A DNA stretch of 64,000 bases from Octopus sinensis (taxonomy: Eukaryota). The notes under the pieces are model-generated. The model did no database searches and had not been told where the DNA came from. It saw nothing but the letters and a program-made list of their open reading frames with translations. The stretch is taken from assembly GCF_006345805.1 (NCBI RefSeq), contig NC_043011.1, positions 65,856,464 through 65,920,463 on the forward strand, read 5' to 3'. Shown here piece after piece: positions 1-13,900 of this stretch. The position numbers and the translations under genes were made by a program. Position 1 is the stretch's first letter. Every line of letters starts with the position of its first letter.

Positions 1-2965
1 AAAGATCCCATATATAGAGAGTTAGCTTGCCGAAACGGCACGTTGCTTCCCTTTCTTTATCCTTACCGAGCCTCACCTGAACAACACCCATATGGACGCC
101 GAAATGAAAATTAAATATTTCATCATTGTTCGTGCGGATCGCACAGACCGAAATATGGGAGGCCCAGCCATCTTTATCCTTGACACCTTCTCACTTGATG
201 CCAAGGACATATTTTCCAATAGCTATTGTGAATCTGTATCACTATTCAGCAAGGCCAAGAACATTATCATTGTTGGTCTTTACAGGCCTCCTCAAGCACC
301 TCTAAAGTGCTTTGAAGAGTGCCTTAGTAAGGTTAAGTCCTTCCTTCGGAAGTACAACTCCGGAAACATACTAGTGATGGGTGATTTTAACCTACCTCAT
401 GTGAACTGTCCCACAAATACTCTGAAGTTAGGCAAATGCTCTACATCAGATAGAGCAGCAGCAGAACTGCTCTTTAATCTAATGGATGAATACCTCCTGA
501 CTCAGCTAGTGCTCGAACCAACGAGACAGAATAAAACGATCTTGGATCTGGTATTGACCAATTACTCTAGCTTCGTTCACAGTATTTCAGTTGAAAAAAC
601 TCTCCTCTCAGACCACGACATGATACTCTACAATTTCAATTCCCGACATATAAAAACCAAACCATCCAATCCCAATCCATGGCACTCATTTGACAACATA
701 AACTTCCACAAAACGGACTGGGGAGCAATCAGAAAGGATCTGTCTTGCATCAACTGGTCTTTTACTCTCAATTCCACCCATATTGATACCGCATGGCAGC
801 ACTTTGAAAACATTGTCACCTATACATGCTCTTAATACGCTCGCACGAAATCTACTAACACAAACAAAAACCGGCTCCCTAAAAAGAAAAAAAACATTCA
901 TCAGGCGAATCAAATGACTCAACAAAAAAAATCAACCAATTAAAATATTCCCACATACAACATCCAAATTCAACAACAATGAAAACGCTAGAGCTGGAAA
1001 AACTTCACTACGGAACGACATGAAAACCTCCATTGAAAATCAAAGAGCTGTGGAGGAACAGTAGGTAATCAAAAATATCAAACAGAACCCAAAAGTGTTC
1101 TATCCCTATGCAAATAAGCATAGAACCACTGTCTCACCAATTGGGCCATTGATTGTTGATAACGATGATAAAGAAATCGCAGAAATACTGCAGAAACAAT
1201 ACTGCTCTGACTTTAGTGTTCCCACTGATATTGACGCAGACGTAAGAGAAGGGAACGAAGTTAATTCTCAACATAAAATCTCAGACATAACCTTCACTGC
1301 CACTGTCATCGTAGCAGCAATAAATGAGGACAAATACTACTCTTCTGTAGGCCCTGATAGATTCCCCGCTAGTCTCCTGAAGGAATGTCGACACAAACTT
1401 GCATTCCCTCTGACCAACCTCTGGAAAATTTCGTTAGACGCAGGTTATATACCGAAAGAGTTTCTATCCCAGTCAAGTCATCCCGGTTTTCAAACAGGGA
1501 ACCAGATCCCTCGCACTAAACTATCGCCCAATCTCACTCACCTCCCACATCATTAAAGTGTTTGAAAGAGTGTTAAGATCAATGATAGCTGACTTCCTGG
1601 AGACCCAGAAAATCCTAAATGCAAATCAGCATGGCTTTCGCTGTGGCAGGGACTGTCTAACACAGCTCTTACACCACATTGAAGATGTACTCAAAACCTT
1701 GGGAACACGTTCGAACTCTCCTTGTCTTCAGTAAAGCGTTCGACAGGGTAGACCATAAAATCCTACTCTCAAAATTGGCAAATGTTGGAATCCGTGGAAA
1801 AGTTCTACACTGGATCAAGTATTTCTTGGCGAATAGAACACAACATGTTGTAGTTGATGGAGTCCACTCAAGTCCAGCAAAAGTCACCAGCGGTGTTCCC
1901 CAGGGGGCTGTCTTGGGTCCGCTACTCTTCTTAAATTAAATAAACGACCTTTCCAGTGTCGTACATTACTGAAAAGTGAAAGTATTTGCTGATGACACTC
2001 AGCTCCAGCAAATCGTCAATGAAGAAGCAGACCGAACTCAACTCCAGTCTGATTTATATGCTGTGAGATCATGGGAAGACGGAAACAAAATGCAACTGAA
2101 CGAGGGAAAATATGAGCTGATGCATTTTGGAAGAAAGTCCTCACAAAACAGCCATACATTCTTCCTTCAGGGGAACCGCTCACAACCTCTAACAACATCA
2201 GAGACTTAGGTGTAATTGTTGATGACGATCTCAGTTGGAGTGAAGAAAATCAACAAGAAGGTCGATATAATTCGTAAGTTGAGTTCCTGAATCTTAACAA
2301 CTTTCCGGTCCAGAGAACAATGTGTCATCATACCACTTTTCTCCTCCTTTGTACGGCCACACCTCGAATACTGCTAACCACTGTGGTCTCCCCATACAAG
2401 ACAAAACATCTCGAAGATTTAATCACCCCAGAGAGCACTCACTAAACAAATTGAAGGCATGGCTGCTCTCGGTTATTGGGATCGCCTTAAAGCCTTGAAA
2501 CTCTACTCTCTCCAGCGCCGCCGTGAGCAGTACATCATTTGTACGATGTGAAGAATATACCGCCAACGTTGCCCAAACGACCTGAACATTAGCTTCAAGG
2601 TTCATCCAAGACTGGCACCACGGGCCATACGTCCCCTGCCCAATTCAAGATCACAGCATACATGTACAGTACAACATAATTTCTTTTCCTCAACAGGCCC
2701 TGCCCTATTTAACATTGTCCAGAAAGAGATCAAAGAAAAACAGGATCCCATCAACTTTAAACGGAGTCTGCATAGTTTCCTTCAAGGATAACCAGATAAG
2801 CCACACATAATTGGATACAACTCACCCAACAAAAACTCAATACTTTAATGGACCATAAACAAAACTTGATTTAAACAGGATTCAAATAATCCTATCAGGT
2901 GGTGCTATTAAGTTAGACATGGCCTGGACCAATCTTTGGTCGAAACATATCTAAGTTTATCTAAC
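1..2965 (+). mobile_element. Decayed APE-RT LINE (CR1/L2 group), ORF2 and 3' end; lies in the intron upstream of G1 exon 3
   Basis: Endonuclease motifs (VMGDFNLP, TILDLVLTN, LSDHDMI), RT motifs (FSKAFDRVDH, GVPQGAVLGPLLF, KVFADD) and C-terminal LYSLQRRRE; several stops and frameshifts; 3' tail ATCTAAG then (TA)n. Confidence 0.93.
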
Positions 2966-3036
2966 ATTATATATATATATAAATAATGTATGTACCTATA
3001 TATGAATAAATAGATACGTGATTCATAGATAGATAC

Positions 3037-3197
3037 GTAGGTAGGTACGTAGGTATGTATGTAGGTAGGTAGGTAGGTAGGTAGGTAGGTAGGTAGGTAG
3101 GTATGTAGGTATGTAGGTAGGCAGGTAGGTAGGTAGTCAGGCGTGTAGGTACGTAGGTAGGTAGGTAGGTAAGCAGGTGGGTAGGTACGTAGGTAGA
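3037..3197 (+). repeat. (TAGG)n tetranucleotide microsatellite
   Basis: Direct reading. Confidence 0.95.
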
Positions 3198-3252
3198 ATT
3201 TTTAACTTTCGTTTTGCGAATTGTAATTGTATTTCAAACTTTTTTTTTCTAG

Positions 3253-4965
3253 GGGATACTATATCTTCATTATATGCTTTAGTCCTAAAGTTAACCATGA
3301 GTGTTATGATGCCTTAGATAAAAGTCACTATTGCTCGGTAAGTTATTTCGTATTACTGCTATATATTGTAAATAATAATCTTTAATTTCTTTCTGATACT
3401 TTGCTCTGGCTTAAAGGTGAATTTTCTCAATAATGAACGCTTTTCTCAATTCATGACAATACAGTTCTTTGTAATTTTTTGACCCTACACATAATCTTAT
3501 AGTGATTCTAGAGTTGAATTAATATCCAGGCAATTGTTTGGGCAACAGGGTGCTGTTTGACTCTGTTTAAAAGCTAAATTTAATGCACGAATTTATTTGA
3601 AGCCACAGATGTGTTTCTGAATTCAAATTCATTAAGAAATATTTTACTGTTGATAAAGTCTTCATAGATTATCAATAATAGAGGCATGGATGTTCACATT
3701 TTTCATAGACATGCCATGGTATCACTCGTAAAGTGACTTCACATGGCAAAATTATTTGACTGTTACATCGGAGATTTGGGAACGATTATAATGCTGCACA
3801 TCCGGCAACATAATAATTACCATTATATTTCTTATAGAAAACAGCAAATTTGTAAAAAAAAAGCTTTTTCATATCATCAGATTTAATCCACCAAAACACG
3901 AAAAACATGTGAAGAGTAATTGTTTATTCCTTATAATCATTAATCACACAGAGTGCATTAACGACATTCTGTATAACAATGTTACATTGATAGAATTCAT
4001 ATCTACTTCTATGAAATGTAGTTGTAAAAATACGTTGAATGACTTTGTGCGGTTCTTTTCAATTTCATGATTCTTGTCTTTTCTTTTCAGCCTCGAAATA
4101 AGCAAAATATGTTACGTACTACCAAAGTTCCTACTCCTTCGGTAATTCCTGCTTTACCCACGATACGTTTTCCTTTTATCCTCAGTATTTGTTTATTCAA
4201 TAATTCCCGGTAACAAAATTATAACTTTTAGAATAAACACTTATTGTTATGCAGATTCATTATATATTTTGCAATAACTGATTTGCGGTAAGATAACATT
4301 GAAAATATGTAGATCATTTGATTATTATAAATATTATATATCCTTTACAAATCTTTGATTTGTAGTGATGATACTGAATCGCCATCGGAAATGTGATATA
4401 ACTGCGATAATAATACTTTAGTATTGCGAATATACTTATGAATATATCAGCGTCCTTAAATATTAATGAGAAATCACTTTATCTGCAGCTACCTGCTCTG
4501 CTTTATAGGGTTAGTAGAAACTCAATCTGTCTAACTCAATTTATCACAATATTTGGTAAATGTGTTTCTCTTTATAACCAGTAAGATTCGACAGGGCGTG
4601 AGAAAATGACTGAAATTATATCCCGCTACAGAAGGATTCCATCTCTAGTCTCATATCAATCCTACCAACCAAGGTCCGCTCTGAAGTGTCACCGCTGTCC
4701 CACTGTTAACCTTTGAAACCGTTGTTTAGATTCTGTCCCTGGCTCCCCTATATGCTGTAATAATTTTCCTGCGTAATCACAATAGAAATGCTGAAAAGAA
4801 ATGATATATATACAAGGGAAATCATTCCATTTTTAACCTCATTATTAGTTGCAATATTGATGTTTGATAGTATTGTTTTGCCTATTCTCTTCACAGTCGT
4901 CTTTCCAACCGTCTGCAGCTATTACTACAATGGCGTCTACATTATTATTGCACGACTACATTTAG
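3253..4965 (+). CDS. G1: 3' exons of a small 6-Cys secreted/GPI-like protein (5' exons lie upstream of the window)
   Basis: Exon 3253-3337 (85 nt, ttttctag|...|gtaagt, phase 2 to 0) = GYYIFIICFSPKVNHECYDALDKSHYCS, homologous to G3 exon 3. Candidate stalk exons 4091-4141 (PRNKQNMLRTTKVPTPS) and 4489-4509 (LPALLYR). Last exon 4897-4965 SSFQPSAAITTMASTLLLHDYI*, homologous to the G3 last exon. Stalk exons are less certain. Confidence 0.8.
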
Positions 4966-5424
4966 AAAATGTTGGAATCTACCTGCATCATGTTGGCAAT
5001 TGTCTTGATAATTTAGTCTAATATGTCTGAAATATGTTAATAAACTTGAGAAGACTATACCCAATGATTATACGTTTACATTTCTTTTAATTTTTTTAAA
5101 CCTCGATAATCCTAGATTTACAGTTGGAATATTTGAAAATACTGCTTTTGATACCAATTTGTATGTTTATCATGCATTGTTAGTGGTAGTCATTTGTAAT
5201 ATATGCAAAAGGATTGAAATTATGGGCAAAGAAGTTAGTCGATTGATGAAAGTATTCTTATTTTATAGAACTGGAGTGATGAAACACAAAATTAACCGAT
5301 GTGGGGAGTGAAATCGATATGCAAACACGTACGACATATCGCTAACATGTTGTCCGGCTTCATAGGTTTTCCTGCATCTCACCACCTTGATATATATTGA
5401 TGTCGCAAATTATTATTATAGCTT

Positions 5425-5454
5425 AGATAGACAGACAGACAGGGAAACATACAT

Positions 5455-5546
<92 letters not shown>

Positions 5547-5565
5547 GTAGAGAGATAGATAGATA
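5425..5565 (+). repeat. (GATA)n microsatellite
   Basis: Direct reading. Confidence 0.95.
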
Positions 5566-6439
5566 AATAAGTTCAGCAACAATTTAGATTCAAATGAATA
5601 TGGTACTTAATTTAGATGCACCAACATTTTATATGGTGTCATCCATAAAACTTTGCAATGTGATTATAATAAAAAATAAGCAACAAGAATGACTCCGGTA
5701 ATTTGGTACAATTGTTTCGGACTACAACATTATATTAAAAGTTGTAATTATACAGCAGAGTTAAAATTTTGAGTGCTCTCATATAGGTTTTCCAATAATA
5801 CAAAAGCTTTTAAATCAAGTCGTAACATTTTAGGGAAGGTAGATATACAGATAAAGATGTAGGATTAAATTTTAAGAACATTAGGTTGTGAAGTCCAGTC
5901 CCTAACTGACCAAACTATGCTTGTGTTTAACAAGGAGTGAGAGTAAGGGGGGCGTCAGAATACCATAAAAGGAACTCAAGTTGCCACTAACAAAATGCCA
6001 ATTACTGCTATATGGTGAGAAGAAACTAGGTCAGTGTCAAAAGGTCATTTATCTCATTTACAAACAGTAGGGGAAGAAAAAACTATCAATCATTATTATG
6101 AGAAGACATTGAATTTTATAATTGGGGGATAGCTTTATTAATTTTGAAATTAGATTAGATTTAGAAAAAATTCAATTTCAAGTTTGCAGTGAAGTTTTTT
6201 AGTCCTCTATGAAAGTTAAGTTGAAGGCTACTATAGTATTTTTCTTATAGTATTTTTCTAATATTAAAATATAGGAATACTCATATTTTTTATTTAAAGT
6301 ATTTAAACTTTCTAGTTGGGGAATGTATGCAACATTATCCAAACTCCAGACGATTATTCAAAAGACTTATATTACACTGATGTTTTAAAATTTCATAGGT
6401 TTCCATAGAACAAAGTTGGCAACCTTCTCTACTATTTCG

Positions 6440-7805
6440 CCCTTCTAACTATATCCCCGCTGAGATGACCCGTTCTTCTTCCTTCTTTTTTATCTTGGGA
6501 GAGTGGATCTCTTCCGCTTTGTCCGAAGGCTCTCCCCCGCCTCCCGAAGACTTAGGTTCCCTCGGCGAGCAACTATTGTTGCCCGCCTTTTTCCTTTTTA
6601 ATCCTTTTTGAATTGAGGAGGCTGAAGTCTCCTCGACCACATCCACCTCTCCCTTTGACCAGGTAGGGGATGTGGCATCTAGTGACTGTTCCAGGGCCTT
6701 ACCATTGTCCTGGGGGCAGTTCCTTTTAATATTGCCTTGCTGCAGGCACGAGAGGCAATTGGGGAGACGTCCCTCAAGTTTCACCGGATACATGCAGCCA
6801 GCCATTTTCAAGAAATATGGAATAACAAGACCTGATGCGGCTGATGGGGTCCACAGGGTCAAAATCGCTTTTGACCCTTCCCAATCGACCGCCGGCAATA
6901 CCCTTACATTTAAGAGCCTGGGTCCGCCATCCTCCACTCCCCGTCGGATGGTATCTTCAATCTAATCCGCTTCGGTACCTGAGGGTAACCTACATACCCA
7001 GGCTCGTATTAATTTTCTTCCACAACATAACGGAAGGAACAGAATGTCCTTGCCTTCTAAAGGCTGACTCGCAAACTGGCGTGCCTTTTCTCGTTGTCAA
7101 ACGGCAACCATAAGGTTGCATGTTTGACACAACGGGATATATATTTTAAAGAGGACAAATATTCTTTAAGTTCATTTTTTGTGACATGTTTTGGGAAGAC
7201 GGTGATGGAATTAAGAACTTTAGAATAAGTTCTAAGTAACATCGTCTTCTCCTCCATATCTTTTAACCACTGCTTACGCAGTTTAATTTCCCACTCGAAG
7301 ACAGAGTTTTTCTTTTCAAGTTCCTTCTCTGCCATGTCAAAAAATAGTTCAAAAGTAGTTGAAAAGACAGTCTTCCAAAAAATTAAACCGTATAAAAATA
7401 AAACAAAATAAAAGAGATGGGGAGGAAACTAAAATTAAAGTAATGAAAAGAATGAACCAAAATTTAGAAAGAAAGAAAAAATAGAAGGGAAAAGTAAAAG
7501 AAAAACCTCACAAAGAGCACAGACAGGGAATCCTTTGTATAATACTCAAAAAAGGTAATCCAAATAAGTAATCCAAATTGCTTATTCTTATTTTCCTGGC
7601 GAGATACGCCCACTAGAAAGTATTTTCAAGCAAAAATTCTCAATTCAACGTTACGGTGATGAGAACCCAGTATTTTGCTCGCTATAGCGAGCCATAATTG
7701 ACAAATTTTCCTTTTGTTCTTTTTTTTCTATTCACGGAGCCGAAACTCACATCTTCTCACTGTAATAGTCCACACCAACTAGTGTTGCATTCTGGTTAAC
7801 CGGAA
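6440..7805 (-). mobile_element. L1/Tx1 element copy 3: 5'UTR and ORF1 only, 3' part lost
   Basis: ORF1 pieces 7057-7335 and 6449-6937 are homologous to ORF1 at 23342 and 27059 (EWEI..KxWLKD.E..T..LRTYSK, GSKAILTLW, degenerate CxxCxxxGHxxxxC knuckle); the 5' end abuts the SINE target site. Confidence 0.88.
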
Positions 7806-7838
7806 GTAAGCAAGCTACTTACCACGCAGCTACGCCTG
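7806..7838 (-). mobile_element. 5' head (A box) of a tRNA-derived SINE, cut at the Tx1 target site
   Basis: Minus strand CAGGCGTAGCTGCGTGGTAAGTAGCTTGCTTAC, matching the SINE head at 22598-22636. Confidence 0.8.
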
Positions 7839-7949
7839 TGACTATTATTCATGTTTGTCTGTTGCATGGAATTAAAACTGACTTTTGACGAAAGGATAAG
7901 AAGGATAAGAAGCATTTTTGCGTCCATTCTGAAGGTCTTTTTAAATATT

Positions 7950-8720
7950 TTCGGAAAGAGCCCAGTTCCAGTGATCAACGAATCGATCAAAATCTTGGCT
8001 AAGTTAACTGAATGAAGGATTAGACATACATTTAAGATAATATTTTTCAAGCTGTGGTATACATCCGCTTCAATTACACAAATCCAGTGCTATTAGCGTA
8101 TACAAATTGCCTTTTGAGTTTCAGGTACTTGGAAAGAACGATATTTCCTTGGACTTTTAAAATCAATAATGTAAATCCTATTTTGCTACATGTAAGAAAG
8201 AGGTGAGATTTCGTTAAAATCTCTAGAACATCTCATAATCACTTGTTACATTTGTCGGAATTTCTTGTGGTACTAGATTGAGAAACCAAGAAAATATGGA
8301 AACTAATTACTTCCAGCATTAAAATCATAAATTAACGATGTTGAAACAACTGCAACTTACAACAACGTCGTCATTAGGAGAGAGAAGAAACCCCAATGAG
8401 AATAGGTACAACTTACCGAGCATTATTCAACTGTATTCATTGTAGAAATGAAACAACTTCCCATAGCATTAGCAGCTAAACATTGCAGATATCGGAAAAG
8501 AAGTAGAGATTGATTAAAAACAGAGATTTTATTGCCAAATAGATAGCCGCCAGAATCAGCAGACAATATTTCGAGGCAAGACTTTCTGGTGTCTATAGCG
8601 AAAGAAGCTGTGTGGAAGAGAAGCAGTATTACTCTGAAGAGAGACTGTTTTATCTCTGCCAAAACCTCAATCGAATCGTTTGAGAATTGCATTTCACAAG
8701 AAAAATGTTAAAAATTTATG
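7950..8720 (+). mobile_element. Old L1/Tx1 ORF2 3' remnant
   Basis: Degenerate SLEHLIITC (zf-RVT region) and DFLVSIAKEAVWKR, similar to CVVAILKETVWKTR of Tx1 copy 1. Confidence 0.55.
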
Positions 8721-9139
8721 ATTTCAGGCTAGTAAATCTTCTACAGTTGAATGAATGTGGCGTGAATGGTCTTAGTGATTGCTTCTTATCTAAACTGGTA
8801 CCTGTATTTTGAGGAGTACAAAGCAAAAATCCAAACTTAGTGCGCCATGATATGATTTGGGTGGCTGGTCGTTGTTAGTTGCTCAGGATTGCGTCTCCCA
8901 ACTATTTGCAAATTTTCTTATTTAGTTTTATGGGTTAATATTGATGCAGTTCATGTAGGTATGCAATGCTTACCGTACTTTCGTTGTCCAAAGATCAATT
9001 TTGACAACAGTGGCCTATAACGAAATTATTGTTATGAGCAAATTCCAATTGCTCATACCAACTTTATTGAATGACTAATACTCTCATTAACATTTCCCTC
9101 CACATCGCATTAATATGTTCTTTTCATGGGTGTCACCAG

Positions 9140-9248
9140 GATATTACTTTTCACTAATGTTTTCGTGTTTTGTTCAGGAATAATCGTATTATTTATTACA
9201 CTATTAAATATTTCAGTATCGGAAACTGAAATTGTATATAATTTTTTG
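9140..9248 (+). other. Orphan exon-like hydrophobic segment
   Basis: caccag|...|gtatgt; ILLFTNVFVFCSGIIVLFITLL; no partner exon identified. Confidence 0.25.
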
Positions 9249-9636
9249 GTATGTCAGAAGAGTAATGTAAAATGCCAAGTGATAATAGGAAACAAATATA
9301 ATGCGTAAATAGTATTATTCTATCCAGAGCAAGATTTCTACTATAACTGATTATCTAGGACAACACTTTGAAGGAGATGTGACCTGTATCGGATCTCGAA
9401 TAACAGAGGCAAACAAATGAGTAAACATTCCCTATTTATTTTAATTCTTATATTTGGTAATTCTATTAATTACTGTCCTGGATATTTACATCTGAATTTT
9501 ACGATATAATTCTTGTTTTAATTCGTATATTTTTATCCAAACATATTATATTAGTGTTTTGTTTTCCCCACAAATATGTATAATGCTATGAATATAACAA
9601 ATCCTAAACTTATACTTTTGTCAATCTCGCGTAATT

Positions 9637-9677
<41 letters not shown>

Positions 9678-9841
9678 TATATTTACAAACAAACACAAAC
9701 ATATATATATATAGATAGATAGATAGATATTGATATATGTGTGCATGTATTGTATGTATGTACGAATATATATATATAACTATATATATATATATATATA
9801 TATGTATATTTACATATATGTATATACACATATATACATGC

Positions 9842-9888
<47 letters not shown>

Positions 9889-9934
9889 CACACACACATA
9901 TATATATTATATATATATATATGTATAATAAAGA

Positions 9935-11169
9935 AAATCTCACTCACCTCCCACATCATTAAAGTGTTTGAAAGAGTGTTAAGATCAAGGATAGCTGACT
10001 TCCTGAAGATTCACAAACTCCTAAATGCATATCAGCATGAGTTTCGCTGTGGCAGGGATTGTCTAACACAGCTCTTACACCACATTGAAGTCATCAGCGG
10101 TGTCCCTCAGGGGAGTCTCTTGGGCCCACTCTTCTTTATAATTTATATAAACGATCTTTCCTTTGTCGTACATTACTGCAAAATGAAAATATTTGCTGAT
10201 GACACTAAACTCCAGCAAATCTTCAATGAAGAAGCAGACCAAACTCAACTCCAGTCTGATCTATTTGCTGTGAGTCAATGGGCAGACAGAAACAAAATGC
10301 AACTGAACGAGGGAAAATTCAGCTGATGCATTTTGGAAGAAATTCCACGCTAAAACAGCCATATTCTCTTCCTTCAGGGGAACCGCTCACAACCTCTAAC
10401 AATATCAGAGACCTGGGTGTGATTGTTGATGATGATCTCAGTTGGAGTGCACTCATCAACAAGAAGGTCGATATAGCTCGTAGGATGAGTTCCTGGATCT
10501 TAAGAGCTTTCCGGTCAAGAGAACAAGATATCATCTCCTTCGTTTCTCCTTTGTACGGCCACACATCGTATACTGCTGCCCACTGTGGTCTCCCCATACA
10601 AGACAAAACATATCAAGGACTGAATAACCCCAGAGGGCACTCACTAAAAGAATTGAAGTCATGGCTACTCTCGATTATTGGAACCACCTTGAAGTCTTGA
10701 AACTCTACTCTCTCCAGCGCCGCCGTGAGCGGTACATGGTTTGCACGATGTGGAGAATATACCGCCAACTTTACCCAAACGACCTCAATATTAGCTTCAA
10801 GGTTCACACTAGACTGGGACCACGGGTCCTACGTCCCCTGCCCAATTCAGGATCACTGCATATATGTACACTGCAACATAATTTCTTTTCCTCAACAGGC
10901 CCTGCCCTATTTAACATTGTCCCGAAAGAGATCAAAGAGGAAAATGATCCCATCAACTTTAAATGGAGTCTGGATAGATTCCTTACAGGAATACCAGATA
11001 AGTCACCCATAATTGGATACAACTCACCCAACACAAACTCACTACTTGAATGGACCACTAAGAAAACTTGAACAAAACTTGACTTCACAGGATTTAGATA
11101 ATCCTATCAGGTGGTGATATTAAGTTAGACATAGCCTGGACCAATCTTTGGTGGAAACATATCTAAGTT

Positions 11170-11170
<1 letters not shown>
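9935..11170 (+). mobile_element. 5'-truncated LINE of the same family as 1-2965, with an internal deletion of about 200 nt at 10090
   Basis: Colinear with 1535-2960; junction CACATTGAAG|TCATCAGCGG falls at an AAG microhomology; same 3' tail. Confidence 0.92.
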
Positions 11171-11267
<97 letters not shown>

Positions 11268-11544
11268 TGGTATGAACAATTGGAATTTGCTCATAACAAT
11301 AATTTCGTTATAGGCCACAGGTGTCAAAATTGATCTTTGGACAAAGAAAGTACGGTAAGCATTGCATACCTACATGAACTGCATGAATATTAACCCATAA
11401 AACTAAATAAGAAAATTTGAAAATAGTTGGGAGACGCAATCCTGAGCAACTAACAACGACCAGCCACCCAAATCATATCATAGCGCACTAAGTTTGGATT
11501 TTTGCTCTGTACTCCTCAAAATATATATACGTATATATATAGGT

Positions 11545-12445
11545 CAGAAAGTTGTGTGTGTGAAAGCACTTGGTTGGATATATAGAAAATAGAAAAGAGT
11601 GAAAAAACTACAGAAGGCTTGTTTTAAAAGGTTAAAGAATATATTTAAGTCGTTGTATATTTAAGTCGAAATTACCGGATTCGTGTTAACTTTTCGAATT
11701 TCTGAAATGTCTTTACCTACATCGTGTTCTGTCTTCGTTATGTAGTGCAAAGAAGTGTTCCAGGTAGGGGCAGGGAAATAAGCAATTTTTTTCCGGTATA
11801 AAGGAGATAATCGTTTTATATTTCTGTTCCCTTATTTAATGGGGTGAGTTTCTTTTTATAAGAATATTAGCATGGTTAAGTACAGGCTTATATCTTTCAA
11901 TGAAGAATGTTTCCTTGTTTAATCTAATTTGTGTTAGTGTCCCAATGGCACATTGATAGAATGGAAAGATAAAAAATTGTGGTGATAGTTACTTTGCGCA
12001 TTTCTCATTATGCTCACTAATGGGTATCATTCTGTATTCTGGGAATGCAATTTGTTGTCGATGCATTGTGCATCTACATCTGAGTGATAATCCCGTGGAC
12101 CCCACGTAGATTTAGTGGCAGCCCGAGCACCTTATGACATAAATTATGTTTTCAGAAGCAATAGAAACATTAGATCTGATCTTGAATTTTTGTCCCTCTT
12201 TGAAACGGAATTCTGATCCTTCTAGAAGGTTTGAGCACGTTGCGCAGTTTGGTGTACCATATTTTTTTACTTTTGCATCCGTAATTTCAGAAAACAATTT
12301 TGCCTTTGTGAGAATCTTTTTAAGTGATTTAGGTTGTTTGTAGCTTTTAATGATTTTATGAATGTTTAGAATTTCCTTTAATTTGGGGTCCTTATGAAGT
12401 ATTGGTAAATTCTGGGTGGTGATGGTGAAGGCTTCTTGGTTTCTG
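11545..12445 (-). mobile_element. Penelope-like element 3' fragment (GIY-YIG endonuclease)
   Basis: C..C then [23 protein letters not shown]...HRQQI on the minus strand. Confidence 0.82.
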
Positions 12446-12456
12446 GGGTTGTATGT

Positions 12457-12601
<145 letters not shown>

Positions 12602-13732
12602 ATATAATATATATATATATATATATATTTAATATAATATATATATATATATATATATATTTAATATAATATATATATATATATATATATTACTTCCGGT
12701 TTCCGTAGAGAAAAGACGCGTTTGCTTTTGCTCTGTGAAAAAAAAGATTTGCATATAAATCGACGAAATATTCTACTAAAGCTAACTAAACGTAGAACTT
12801 ATTAACGCATAAGGATCTACTAAAATACATTAATTAAAAATATATTAATTAAAAACGTAATATATTTCGCTTGAAGCCAAATATAATATATTAAAGTTAG
12901 ATACGATTTACCACGCCATCTTTGTTTACGTTCTGAGAATAACTTTCTTTCAATTTCTGTTTCGCTTTCAATTTATCTTTCATTTCATATCTATAAAACT
13001 AATATTTAAAAATTATTTTCATGTGTTTATTTCCTGTTAGTTACGACTGAGCTAGAAATATAAAAATCGTAATTTTATTGTGATCTATATTGCACTCTCA
13101 CTTGGTGATTATATTCTTGTGTTCGTGTGTCGACTGGATATTTTCCAAAACAATCTAGTGCAGTATTTGTTGATGAAAGCGAAGCGTCTGGGGAAAGGCT
13201 AACCGGAGCGATGTTCGCATCGCAGACATGGTCAGTGAGATGGAAATGGGTAAAGCGATACCACATTGAATTTTCCGGCAGGTGAAGTCTAGTACTGTTC
13301 GCTCTGTCCTTCTCGGCAGTAGTCCTTCTGGCCATGAGAGATTTTCCAAATACTTCTGTATGGCTTTAGCAGATAGTAATGCACCAAATATGTCCTTCTT
13401 ATTTCAGGAAGAGCTAAGCGATAGTGAAGGTAGAGGATGGGATTACATGACCCCAGCGTTCAAATCGTACTTAACTTATGGAATCTGAAATAATCCAAGG
13501 CAATGCATCCAGCAGTGGAATTTGAAATAAGATCGTAAAGAGCCGGAAGAAAAGCAAATAAAAAAAATCTTTTTCAGTTTCACAAAGATATAGGCAGCTG
13601 GCCGACTTGTCGAATTTTGTGATATCTTTCTTCACTGTCAGGTTATGACCTTATGTTGCTCTTCAAACCTTAGCACAAGGTAAATGGACTTCCGTATTGA
13701 TTTAATATCCATAGGATATTAGTAAATGCATG

Positions 13733-13900
13733 ACGGTGAGCGGACAAGATCGTTAGCACTCCTGGACGAATGCGTAGAGGACTTTCACCCGTCTTTAAGT
13801 TCTGACTTCGAATTCTGTTCAGACTTAAATTTCCAGTAATTTTCTTAGAGATCGATAAAACAGGTACCAGATCCACATTCGGATCGATGTAATCGGCGCA
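13733..13900 (+). mobile_element. Degenerate tRNA-derived SINE
   Basis: GATCGTTAGCACTCC...GATCGATAAA..GTACCAG...GTCGATGTAATCG pattern shared with 15205-15399. Confidence 0.65.

Larger units (their letters stand above)
8805..11523. repeat. Inverted duplication of about 260 bp (8805-9067 / 11261-11523)
   Basis: Arms are near-identical reverse complements, with only a few mismatches seen by eye. Confidence 0.92.

Noticed and set aside
4788-5021. 77-aa hydrophobic ORF resembling Cys-loop receptor or GPCR helices
   Set aside because: It spans intron sequence; homology with the G3 last exon supports a different frame
9610-9943. Ile/Tyr-rich ORFs here and at 12.4, 20.3, 28.3, 29.2, 38.0, 46.1, 46.8, 54.8 and 61.1 kb
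   Set aside because: Translations of (TA)n/(TG)n microsatellites
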